The notes beneath the pieces were generated by a model. That model saw nothing but the letters and a program-made list of their open reading frames with translations. It searched no databases and was not told the DNA's origin. From an uncultured Pseudomonadota bacterium (GTDB taxonomy: Bacteria; Myxococcota_A; UBA796; SXON01), in assembly GCA_903959175.1 (NCBI GenBank), contig CAJBVW010000019.1, forward strand, positions 1 to 57,670: 57,670 nucleotides of DNA. Reading direction: 5' to 3'. The position numbers were made by a program, and so were the translations under genes. This document shows positions 12,287 to 20,555 of the stretch, piece by piece (position 1 is the first letter of the stretch; every line of letters starts with the position of its first letter).

Positions 12287-13290
12287 GCGACCCCCAGGAG
12301 TCCCGCCGTGGCGAGCCAGGATGCGGCGCGGGCGGCGGCGAGGCCGGCGCCGTGGAGGTCGTCGGTCACCGCCCACACGAAGACGCCGTCGCCGCCGGGA
12401 TCGGCGCGGAGACGCCCCCACCACACGCCGGCCTTGCCGATCGCGGCGCGGGGGCGGAGGCGGGCGGTGCGCGACACGGCGACGAGGCCCGACGCGCCCC
12501 GGAGGGCCTCCTCGGCGGCGTCCAGCGTGACGCCACGCAGATGCAGACCGGCGCTGACGCCGGCGAAGAGCGGCTGGGTCGCCACCTGCACGCCGACGGC
12601 GGTGGCCGGGAGGCCGGTGAGCGCCTGTACTTCCGCCGCCGCGAGCAGCTCGGCGCCGCTCCACTCGTCCATCGCGGTGTCTTCGGGGAGCGTGTCGAAG
12701 GCGAGGCCGTCCACGAAGACGCGCCGGGCAGGATCCTGGTTGTTCAGGGCTGCGACGACCTGCTGCGCGAGCTCCTGCACGCCGGCGCGGCCACGGGCGC
12801 TCGCCGCGAGCGACACGACGCCGGTGCACCCGGTGAGGCCGACCGACATCAGCGGCGCGATGAGCGCGGCGAGGAGCGTCCCCACAGAGGACGGCAAGCG
12901 CACGGCGCCGGCGCGAGCGACCTCTTCGGGGAGGGCCGGGGTGACGCCGGGGAGGACGAGGGGCGCGTCGAGCACGCCGACGGTAGCGTTCCCGACGTCC
13001 ACGACCACGATGCCGCGCGCGACGAGCGTGGGCGCAAGCTTGCCCGCGATCGCCGGCGGCAGGCAGAGGATGGCGAGGTCGGGCTTGACGCCGGTGAGCG
13101 CCGAGAGGGGCTCCACGCCGACGGACTCCCCGCGGAACGTCACGGTGTCGACGCGCGGCGAGCGCGCCGCCGACCCGTACGCACGCAGGGACGCGATGAC
13201 GACGTCCGACGCGTCCAACGCCGCCAGGACCTGGGCGCCGGCGCTTCCTGTTGCTCCGACGACCGCTACTTCCAATGCCGAGCTGCTCAT
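12283..13290 (-). CDS. Aspartate-semialdehyde dehydrogenase-like protein (Usg-like, catalytic residues absent)
   Basis: VAVVGATGSAG Rossmann motif, PLVLPGV, ELAQQ, LAFDTLP, WAVTDDL (normally DNL). No NPNC catalytic Cys. Confidence 0.85.
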   Translation of the reverse strand: MSSSALEVAVVGATGSAGAQVLAALDASDVVIASLRAYGSAARSPRVDTVTFRGESVGVEPLSALTGVKPDLAILCLPPAIAGKLAPTLVARGIVVVDVGNATVGVLDAPLVLPGVTPALPEEVARAGAVRLPSSVGTLLAALIAPLMSVGLTGCTGVVSLAASARGRAGVQELAQQVVAALNNQDPARRVFVDGLAFDTLPEDTAMDEWSGAELLAAAEVQALTGLPATAVGVQVATQPLFAGVSAGLHLRGVTLDAAEEALRGASGLVAVSRTARLRPRAAIGKAGVWWGRLRADPGGDGVFVWAVTDDLHGAGLAAARAASWLATAGLLGVA

Positions 13291-13362
13291 ACCGCGCCAC
13301 CTAACCGGAAACTGGGGAAGACCTCCCCTCTCCTCGCCGGCCGGCGCGGCATCGACGGAACG

Positions 13363-13587
13363 TTACGCCTCGCGGTGCTTGGCGATGATGACCTGGATGC
13401 GGTCCTTGCCGCGGAGCTTGAGACGCTTGATGCGGTTGATCTCGCGCCGCTCGCCCTCGGCGGGGTAGCGGATGCGCTCCAGCCGCATGAGGTCGCGCTC
13501 GTAGTCCTGGTGCTTGCCCACCAGATGCCGAAGCTCGTCGTGGGAGGAGGTGAGCCGGTTGATCAGGTCGAGTTCCGTGGCTTCCAT
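13363..13587 (-). CDS. DUF465/YdcH-family small coiled-coil protein
   Basis: ELRHLVGKHQDYE...IKRLKLRGKDRI pattern; SD-like AGAGG and a good promoter upstream. Confidence 0.8.
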   Translation of the reverse strand: MEATELDLINRLTSSHDELRHLVGKHQDYERDLMRLERIRYPAEGERREINRIKRLKLRGKDRIQVIIAKHREA

Positions 13588-13614
13588 GAGACCTCTCTGC
13601 AAGGTGGCACGGCG

Positions 13615-13644
13615 AGTCTACCGAAACCCGTTTCGAAGTGTCAA
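13615..13644 (-). promoter_or_regulatory. Near-consensus sigma70 promoter with a palindrome in the spacer
   Basis: TTGACA-N18-TAGACT; the spacer contains CGAAAC-GG-GTTTCG. Confidence 0.6.
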
Positions 13645-14276
13645 ACGCGAGACGGACGGGCGTCGGGTTCACGAAGGTAGCGTAGACCCACCGTTCCCGC
13701 CGAGCGGCCTTCCATCGAACGGCAGAGCGTCGCGCCGGCCCCGACCGGGGAGTCGGCAGGCGTGGCGTGGAGCGTGTGCCCGGCCGCGCGCACCGCGTCG
13801 GCGAAGACCGCCGCGCCCTCCCCCACCGCGATCCCGGGCGCCTGGGCCGAGACCTCGTCCAAGAGGATGTCGAGCTCGGGGCCCAGCGGGAGCGGGAGCG
13901 GCCCGCGCGTGTCGAACCACCCTCCGTAGACCTTGCCTTTGCGGGCATCCAACAGCGAGAGGACCCGCGGCTGTCCGGGCGCGAGGCAGGCCCGGAGCGC
14001 GAGGGAGGAGACGGGCGCGACCTCGACCCCGCGCGCGAAGGCGAGACCGAGCGCCGCCGCCACGCCGACCCGGATCCCGGTGAACGCGCCGGGGCCGACG
14101 CTCACGGCCACGCGGTCGAGCGTGCCGACCGCCTCAAGCGCGGCGGCGAGGTGCTGCTCTATCCACGCCTCGGTGCCCGAGGGCACGCGGGCAGACGCGC
14201 AATAGAGCACGGTGTCCCCCGTGAAGGCGGCGATCCCCGCCACCGGCCCCGCCGTGTCGAGGAGGAGCATCCGCAT
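13641..14276 (-). CDS. tsaB: tRNA threonylcarbamoyladenosine biosynthesis protein TsaB
   Basis: LLLDTA, VSVGPGAFTGIRVG, VSSL, LDARKGKVY, YLREPDA. Confidence 0.93.
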   Translation of the reverse strand: MRMLLLDTAGPVAGIAAFTGDTVLYCASARVPSGTEAWIEQHLAAALEAVGTLDRVAVSVGPGAFTGIRVGVAAALGLAFARGVEVAPVSSLALRACLAPGQPRVLSLLDARKGKVYGGWFDTRGPLPLPLGPELDILLDEVSAQAPGIAVGEGAAVFADAVRAAGHTLHATPADSPVGAGATLCRSMEGRSAGTVGLRYLREPDARPSRV

Positions 14277-15964
14277 CAGCCGACGGCCGCGCGATGGATG
14301 TCGAGCACGAGCACGGACAACATAAGTAGGACGAGGAAGATGACGCCGGCCTGCTGGGCGCGCTCACGGAGCACGAGGGGCAGAGGGCGACCACGCACCC
14401 ACTCCGCCAGGTACATCACGAGCTGACCGCCGTCGAGCACGGGGATCGGAAGCAGGTTGATGATCCCCAGGCTGATCGAGAACAATCCGAGCTGACGGGC
14501 CCAGTCGAACACGCCGCGCTCGGCGGCCGCGCGCGTCTGGCGGAAGATCTCCACCGGACCGCCGACGCTCTGGTCGAAGGCGGCCTCGCCCGTGGTGAGC
14601 TTGCCGAGCTGCTCGAGGATGAAGCCGGAGACGAGGACGACCTCGTCGGACGCGCGCCCGAGGGCCTCGGGGAACGGGTAGACCCGCGGGACCATCGGGG
14701 TGAGGACGGTGTCTCCACCGCTGCCGATGCCGAGGAGCGGGCGCCACCGGTAGCGGCCGAGCTCGTCGGTGTCCTCGACGACCTGGGGCTTGACCTGGAT
14801 GTCCCGGACCTCACCGGCGCGGCGCACGGACACGACCATCGAGCGCGTGGTCTGAGCGCTCCCCTCCCCGCTCGCGGAAGCGGCCACGGCGAGCACGACA
14901 TCGCGCCAGACGTGGATGGGCCGCCCGTCGATCGCGAGGAGGCGGTCGCCTTCCTTCACGCCGGCGTCCTTCGCCGAAGACCCGTTCTCCGCGAACTGGC
15001 CCACGGAGACGAGCGCGCTGGCGAGGCCCCAACCCTGCCAGAGGTCGTCGTCGACCGGGGTGAGGGAGGGGGCCCAGGTCGGGTCGGCACGGAGCGTGAG
15101 GGGCTCGGCGGGGGCGTCGGACGCGGCCTCGGCGCGACGGACGGTGACCTGGACCTGGGCGAGCCCGCCGGCCTTCGCGCGGAGGAGCAGGCGGCGGACC
15201 TCGTTCCAGTTGCGGACCGGGGCGCCCTCGATGGCGGTGAGGGCATCTCCGGTGTGGAGGCCTGCCTTCCCAGCGGGGGACGCCGGATCGTCGACGAGGA
15301 CGGTGGTGTCGGGCGCCGAGCTGGAGAGGCCGAAGTCGTACGGGTCGCGCGCGGCGCCGTAGTCCCCCTTCTCGACGGGGATGGCGATGGGGATGCGTGC
15401 CCCTTCGCGGTCGACGACGAGGTCGATCGTCGCGTCCGTGCTCGCCTCGAAGGCCTCGATGACGTCCGACCAGGTGAGCGCGGGGGCGCCCTCGACCTCG
15501 ACGATGCGGTCCTCCGGGAGGACGCCCGCCGCGGCGGCACCGCCCTCGGCGTAGACGGTGCCGACGTCCGCGCGGGGCTGGGGCTCGCCCGCCATTTTGA
15601 GCGAGGTGAACACCACGAACGGCAGCACGAGGTTCATCGCGGGGCCCGCGAACACGATCAGCAGCCGCTTCCAGGCCGGCTGTGCCATGAAGGCGCCGTC
15701 CGCGCGCGGGTCGTCGTCGTCCGCGCCGCCTTCCATGAAGGGGTCCGCGCCGGCCATGCGGACGTAGCCGCCGAAGGGGATCCAGGAGATCCGGTAGTCG
15801 GTGTCGCCCCAGCGGAAGCCGACGAGGCGACCGCCGATGCCGACGCTGAAGACCTTGACCCGGACACCACACGCCTTCGCGACGATGAAGTGCCCGAACT
15901 CGTGGATGGCGATCAGCGCCGCGATGAGCGCGACCGCGGCGAGGCTGGTTCCGAGGACCATCAT
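14276..15964 (-). CDS. rseP: RIP metalloprotease RseP with multiple PDZ domains
   Basis: HEFGH, IPFGGYVRMAG, AGPAMN, INLLPIPVLDGG. Confidence 0.97.
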   Translation of the reverse strand: MMVLGTSLAAVALIAALIAIHEFGHFIVAKACGVRVKVFSVGIGGRLVGFRWGDTDYRISWIPFGGYVRMAGADPFMEGGADDDDPRADGAFMAQPAWKRLLIVFAGPAMNLVLPFVVFTSLKMAGEPQPRADVGTVYAEGGAAAAGVLPEDRIVEVEGAPALTWSDVIEAFEASTDATIDLVVDREGARIPIAIPVEKGDYGAARDPYDFGLSSSAPDTTVLVDDPASPAGKAGLHTGDALTAIEGAPVRNWNEVRRLLLRAKAGGLAQVQVTVRRAEAASDAPAEPLTLRADPTWAPSLTPVDDDLWQGWGLASALVSVGQFAENGSSAKDAGVKEGDRLLAIDGRPIHVWRDVVLAVAASASGEGSAQTTRSMVVSVRRAGEVRDIQVKPQVVEDTDELGRYRWRPLLGIGSGGDTVLTPMVPRVYPFPEALGRASDEVVLVSGFILEQLGKLTTGEAAFDQSVGGPVEIFRQTRAAAERGVFDWARQLGLFSISLGIINLLPIPVLDGGQLVMYLAEWVRGRPLPLVLRERAQQAGVIFLVLLMLSVLVLDIHRAAVG

Positions 15965-15977
15965 CAGTGCACAGTAT

Positions 15978-16781
15978 TCACGGAGCGAGCAGCAGGCGCA
16001 CCTGGAGCACCGCCCAGAGGAGAGGACCGGTGAACAAGAGAGAGTCGATGCGATCCAGGATACCGCCGTGACCCGGCATGATGGACCCGCTGTCCTTCAC
16101 ACCGAACGCCCGCTTCAGCATGGACTCGGCGAGGTCCCCGATGACGCCCGCGACGTCCAGGACCGCGGCGAGCACGAGCACGACCGGCCAGGAGAGATCG
16201 AGGTTCGACACCGACTTGATCAGCGCCGCGCCCGCCACGGCGAGCAGGAGGCCGCCAAAGACACCCTCGCGCGTCTTTTTCGGGGAGACGCGGGGGAAGA
16301 GGGGGGTCTTCCCGAACGCGCGGCCGGCGAAGTAGGCGCCGGTGTCCCCGAGCCAGGTGGAGGCGAGCAGGAAGAAGATGAGGGCCAGGCCGTCGGGCTC
16401 CATGCGGATGCGCGCGAGCGGCGCCATCAGGACCGGGACGTACACGAGGCCGAAGCCGAGGCGCACGGCCTGACGGGCGGCGATGTCGACCTCGGCGCGG
16501 GCGAACATGGGCACGCAGAGGCACGCCATGAACATCACCGCGAGCGCGAGGCCCAGGTGCTCCGGGGCGTGCACCGCGACGGTGACCGTGCCGAGGCCAC
16601 CGGCGAGGTAGGCGATCTTTCCGAGCAGCGACAGCTCGGGGGCGGCCATCCGCACGTACTCGTCGAGCGCGATGAGGACGAACGGCAGCATCAGCCACCA
16701 CACGCTCGGGGCGCCGCCGAGGACGATGATGGGGACCACGACGGCAAGGCCGGTGAGCCCCGCGATGATGCGGGTGCCCAT
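15978..16781 (-). CDS. cdsA: Phosphatidate cytidylyltransferase
   Basis: DTGAYFAGRAFG, SPKKTREG, GDLAESMLKRAFGVKDSGSIMPGHGGILDRIDS. Confidence 0.97.
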   Translation of the reverse strand: MGTRIIAGLTGLAVVVPIIVLGGAPSVWWLMLPFVLIALDEYVRMAAPELSLLGKIAYLAGGLGTVTVAVHAPEHLGLALAVMFMACLCVPMFARAEVDIAARQAVRLGFGLVYVPVLMAPLARIRMEPDGLALIFFLLASTWLGDTGAYFAGRAFGKTPLFPRVSPKKTREGVFGGLLLAVAGAALIKSVSNLDLSWPVVLVLAAVLDVAGVIGDLAESMLKRAFGVKDSGSIMPGHGGILDRIDSLLFTGPLLWAVLQVRLLLAP

Positions 16782-17533
16782 CAGCCCTTGACCTGGGCGC
16801 CCGTCTGCCCGAAGCGACGCTCGCGCGCGCGGAACGAGGCGAAGGCCTCCTCCAGCTGGGAGCGCCGGAAGTCCGGCCACGCCGTCGGCGTGACGAAGAT
16901 CTCGGCGTAGGCGAGCTGCCAGAGGAGGAAGTTCGAGAGCCGCAGCTCACCCGACGTGCGGATGAGGAGGTCCGGCTCGGGGAGGCCGGCCGTGCCGAGC
17001 TCAGCGGCAAACGCGGCCTCGTCGATGGCGTCCGGGCGGAGGCGACCCGCGGCTGCCTTCTTCGCGAGGGCACGCGCGGCCTCGACGATCTCCGCGCGCC
17101 CGCCGTAGGAGAGGGCCAGGGTGAGCGTCATCCCCTTGTTGTTCCGCGAGGCGTGCGAGAGCTCCTTGAGCGCAGCGCGGACGGCCAGCGGCAGGCGATC
17201 GAGCTGACCAATCGCGTTGAGCCGGATGCCGTTCTCGAGGATCTCGCGCCGCTCCTCGACGAGGAAGCGCCCGAGGAGCCCCATGAGCCCCGACACTTCC
17301 TCGTCGGGGCGACGCCAGTTCTCCGTGGAGAAGCTGTAGAGGGTCAGGGCCTCGACGCCGAGGGTACGGCAGGAGCGCGTGATCTCGCGCACGCTCTCCG
17401 CGCCCGCTTCGTGCCCGGCGAGACGCGGCAGCCCACGGGCCTCGGCCCAGCGCCCGTTGCCATCCATGATGATGGCAAGGTGTCGGGGGACAGCGGATCG
17501 GGGGACAGCGTGGCGAGGGACGGCGTCGCTCAA
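16781..17533 (-). CDS. uppS: Undecaprenyl diphosphate synthase
   Basis: PRHLAIIMDGNGRWA, YSFSTENWRRP, IRTSGELRLSNFLLWQ, RERRFG. TTG start overlaps the frr stop. Confidence 0.97.
   Translation of the reverse strand: MSDAVPRHAVPRSAVPRHLAIIMDGNGRWAEARGLPRLAGHEAGAESVREITRSCRTLGVEALTLYSFSTENWRRPDEEVSGLMGLLGRFLVEERREILENGIRLNAIGQLDRLPLAVRAALKELSHASRNNKGMTLTLALSYGGRAEIVEAARALAKKAAAGRLRPDAIDEAAFAAELGTAGLPEPDLLIRTSGELRLSNFLLWQLAYAEIFVTPTAWPDFRRSQLEEAFASFRARERRFGQTGAQVKG
17480..17524 (-). repeat. Three imperfect 15-bp tandem repeats in the 5' end of uppS
   Basis: gtgtcgggggacagc / ggatcgggggacagc / gtggcgagggacggc, encoding AVPRH-AVPRS-AVPRH. Confidence 0.8.
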
Positions 17534-18096
17534 ACCTCCAGGACCTCTTTCTCCTTGGCGGCCGCGACCTCGTCGACCTTCTTCACGTGCGCGTCGGTGG
17601 CGGCCTGCACCTTCTCGTTCGCGCGCTTGTGCTCGTCCTCGGTCAGCTCCTTGTCGTCCAACGCCGACTTGAGGAGCTCGTTGTACTCGCGCCGAACCGC
17701 GCGGACGCGCACCTTGGCCTCCTCCGCGGACTTCTTCACGATCTTCACGAGGGCCTGCCGGCGATCGCCCGTGAGCGGCGGGATGGGGATCCGGATGATC
17801 TGCCCGTCGTTGCTCGGGTTGAAGCCGAGGCCGGCGTTGGCGATCGCGCGCTCGATGTCGCGGAGCGTCGACTTGTCCCAGGGGTTGACGATGAGCAGCC
17901 GCGCGTCGGGCGCGGTGATGTTCCCGCACTGCTTGAGCGGCATCGTCGAGCCGTAGGACTCGATGTGGATGGGGAGGTTTTCGACCAGCCCCGGCGTCGC
18001 GCGCCCGGTGCGAACCGCCACGAGCTCGCGCTTGAGGGAGTCGATCACCTTGTCCATGTCTTCGGCAAGGCTGGAGAGGTACTCTTCGGCAGACAT
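17530..18096 (-). CDS. frr: Ribosome recycling factor
   Basis: VRTGRATP, PWDKS, NPSNDGQIIRIPIPPLT, KEKEVLEV. Confidence 0.98.
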   Translation of the reverse strand: MSAEEYLSSLAEDMDKVIDSLKRELVAVRTGRATPGLVENLPIHIESYGSTMPLKQCGNITAPDARLLIVNPWDKSTLRDIERAIANAGLGFNPSNDGQIIRIPIPPLTGDRRQALVKIVKKSAEEAKVRVRAVRREYNELLKSALDDKELTEDEHKRANEKVQAATDAHVKKVDEVAAAKEKEVLEV

Positions 18097-18111
18097 CGCG
18101 GTGGCCTCCGG

Positions 18112-18837
18112 TCAGGGCTTCGGGGAGTTCACATGCGTGCCCACCGTCTCGCCCATCACAACCCGCCGCACGTTGCCGGGGCGATTGAGGTCGAACACGA
18201 TGAGCGGGATTCGGTTTTCCATGCAGAGGCTGATGGCCGTCGCGTCCATCACCTTCAACCCGAGCTTCAGCGCGTCGAGGTGGGTGATGGTGTCGTAGCG
18301 AACGGCGTCATCGAACTTCTTGGGATCCTTGTCGTACACCCCGTCCACCTTGGTGGCCTTGAGGATGACGTCAGCGTGAATCTCCGCGGCGCGCAGGGCA
18401 GCGGCCGTGTCGGTGCTGAAGTAGGGGTTCCCAGTGCCCGCCGCGAAGATGACGACCCGACCCTTGTTGAGGTGGGCCATCGCGCGGCGACGGATGTAGG
18501 GCTCACACACCTGTTCGATGCGCACCGCGGACATGACCCGCGTGTAGCAGCCCTTCTGCTCGAGCGCATCCTGGAGCGCGAGCGCGTTGATGCAGGTCGC
18601 AAGCATGCCCATGTAGTCGGCATGCGCGCGATCCATTCCGCCCTCGGAGGCGGGAACACCCCGAAAGATGTTCCCCCCGCCGATGACGATGCCGACTTGG
18701 ACACCGAGCTTGTGGACCTCGATGACCTCTTCGGCAAAGCGGCCGAGCACGGCTTGCTGGATGCCGAAATCGGCTTCCCCAGCAAGCATCTCCCCCGAAA
18801 GCTTCAGCAGGATTCGGTGGTAGACGGGACCGGCCAC
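18112..18837 (-). CDS. pyrH: UMP kinase
   Basis: [37 protein letters not shown]. Confidence 0.99.
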   Translation of the reverse strand: MAGPVYHRILLKLSGEMLAGEADFGIQQAVLGRFAEEVIEVHKLGVQVGIVIGGGNIFRGVPASEGGMDRAHADYMGMLATCINALALQDALEQKGCYTRVMSAVRIEQVCEPYIRRRAMAHLNKGRVVIFAAGTGNPYFSTDTAAALRAAEIHADVILKATKVDGVYDKDPKKFDDAVRYDTITHLDALKLGLKVMDATAISLCMENRIPLIVFDLNRPGNVRRVVMGETVGTHVNSPKP

Positions 18838-18847
18838 GATACCTCCG

Positions 18848-19498
18848 TTACTTCAGACCCGCTTGAGCGGCGACCTCGGCGGCGAAGTCACTCGACTTCT
18901 TCTCCAGGCCCTCACCCATCACGTAGCGGACGAAGCGACGAACCTTGATGTTCTCGCCGATGGTGGAGACCGTCTCCTTGACGAGCTGATCGATCGTCTT
19001 GGAGTCGTCCTTCACGTACTTCTGGTCGAGGAGGCAGACATCCTCGTACCACTTGCTCATGCGCCCTTCGACGATCTTGGACGCGATGTGCGCGGGCTTG
19101 CCCTCGGACATCGTCTTCTCGAGCTGGACCGCCTTCTCCTTCTCGAAGGCGTCCGCGGGGACCTCTTCGCGGGAGAGGTACTCGGGCGCGGCGGCCGCGA
19201 TGTGCATCGCGATGTCGCGCGCGAGGCCCTTGAACTTCTCGTTCATGGCCACGAAGTCGGTCTCGCAGTTGAGCTCGACGATGACGCCGATCTTGCCGCC
19301 AGCGTGGATGTAGGCCTCGACGAGGCCCTCGCTGGCGACGCGGCCGGACTTCTTCGCGGCGGAGGAGAGCCCCTTCGCGCGGAGCCAGTCGATGGCCTTC
19401 TCAACGTCGTCACCCGACTCGCCGAGGGCCTTCTTGCAGTCCAGGATCCCGGCGCCGGTGCGCTCGCGGATGTCCTTGATTTGTTCCACGGAAGCCAT
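18848..19498 (-). CDS. tsf: Translation elongation factor Ts (short form, 216 aa)
   Basis: [51 protein letters not shown]. Confidence 0.98.
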   Translation of the reverse strand: MASVEQIKDIRERTGAGILDCKKALGESGDDVEKAIDWLRAKGLSSAAKKSGRVASEGLVEAYIHAGGKIGVIVELNCETDFVAMNEKFKGLARDIAMHIAAAAPEYLSREEVPADAFEKEKAVQLEKTMSEGKPAHIASKIVEGRMSKWYEDVCLLDQKYVKDDSKTIDQLVKETVSTIGENIKVRRFVRYVMGEGLEKKSSDFAAEVAAQAGLK

Positions 19499-19529
19499 GT
19501 TCTTCTCCAGGTGCGTGCTGGTGCCGGCC

Positions 19530-20342
19530 TTAGGCCTGGGTCTCGTCCTTCTCGGCGGCGGCGGCAAGGGCGGCGGTGGGATCCTCGGTCACCGTGCGGC
19601 GGTAGACCTCGACCCCGCGGCCGTCGTCGCCCTGGATGACGGCGGTGGCGTCCGTACGGCCGGCCTGCACACCCTCGGCCGCCGCGTCAGCGATGGCGGC
19701 GGTGAAGAGGCGGATGGACTTGATCGCGTCGTCGTTGCCGGGGATGACGTAGTCGATGCCGTCGGGATCGCAGTTGGTGTCGCAGAGCGCCACGACGGGG
19801 ATGCCGAGCTTGCCGGCTTCCTTGATGGCGATGTGCTCCTTCTTCGGGTCGATCACGAACAGGGCGCCGGGGAGGGCGCGCATGTCCTTGATGCCGCCGA
19901 GGGCCTTCTCCATCTTCTCGATCTCGCGGGTCAGCGTGAGCGCTTCCTTCTTGGTGAGCTGCTCGAACTTGCCCTCGGTGCGCGCCTTGGTGAGGGAGTT
20001 CAGGCGCTCGATGGACTTCTTGACCGTCTGGAAGTTGGTGAGCGTGCCGCCCAGCCAACGGTCGTTGACGAAGAACATCTGGGAGCGACGCGCCTCCTCG
20101 GAGATGATGTCACGAGCGGCGCGCTTGGTGCCGACGAACAGGACCGGCTGGCCACGGCTCACGATGCTCGTGACGTAGCGGGACGCTTCGACGAGGGCGC
20201 GCGCGGTCTGCTGGATGTCGATGATGTGGACGCCGTTCTTCTGCCCGTAGATGTACGGGCGCATGCGGGGGTTCCAGCGGCGGGTCTGGTGACCGAAGTG
20301 GACACCGGCCTCGAGGAGCTCACGAAGGGAGACGTTTGCCAT
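19530..20342 (-). CDS. rpsB: 30S ribosomal protein S2
   Basis: [44 protein letters not shown]. Confidence 0.99.
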   Translation of the reverse strand: MANVSLRELLEAGVHFGHQTRRWNPRMRPYIYGQKNGVHIIDIQQTARALVEASRYVTSIVSRGQPVLFVGTKRAARDIISEEARRSQMFFVNDRWLGGTLTNFQTVKKSIERLNSLTKARTEGKFEQLTKKEALTLTREIEKMEKALGGIKDMRALPGALFVIDPKKEHIAIKEAGKLGIPVVALCDTNCDPDGIDYVIPGNDDAIKSIRLFTAAIADAAAEGVQAGRTDATAVIQGDDGRGVEVYRRTVTEDPTAALAAAAEKDETQA

Positions 20343-20379
20343 TTTGATTCCGACTCGATGCGGGCAAGGCCCGCGGTAT

Positions 20380-20448
20380 GGTTGTTGCGACCGCCGGAGG
20401 TCGCTGCCCGACCCCTGAATCAGGGGCACCGGGGGCAACGATCCTGTG
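20380..20448 (-). ncRNA. rpsB leader (t44-like S2 autoregulatory RNA)
   Basis: CAC...TCGTTGCCC-CCGGTGCC-CCTG-ATT-CAGG-GGTC-GGGCAGCGA...AACAACC: nested stems with the GGUG internal loop, and CAC/AACC flanks typical of rpsB leaders. Confidence 0.7.
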
Positions 20449-20488
20449 ATCCAGCGTGGATCTCTTCGGGACTCCCCGAAGGCTCGCC

Positions 20489-20517
20489 CGTCTAACGCGC
20501 GGGCTTCACGGTGGCAA
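20489..20517 (-). promoter_or_regulatory. Putative sigma70-type promoter of rpsB-tsf
   Basis: TTGCCA-N17-TAGACG upstream of the leader. Confidence 0.5.
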
Positions 20518-20555
20518 CCGGAGCCGTGGGGCCTCCGGTGCCGAAGCGTGCGGGA

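Noticed and set aside
12287-13300. N-terminal 338 aa of the 1123-aa ORF (and similar Arg-rich extensions of many track ORFs)
   Set aside because: Off-frame read of the upstream gene; the real starts are at stop-codon overlaps.
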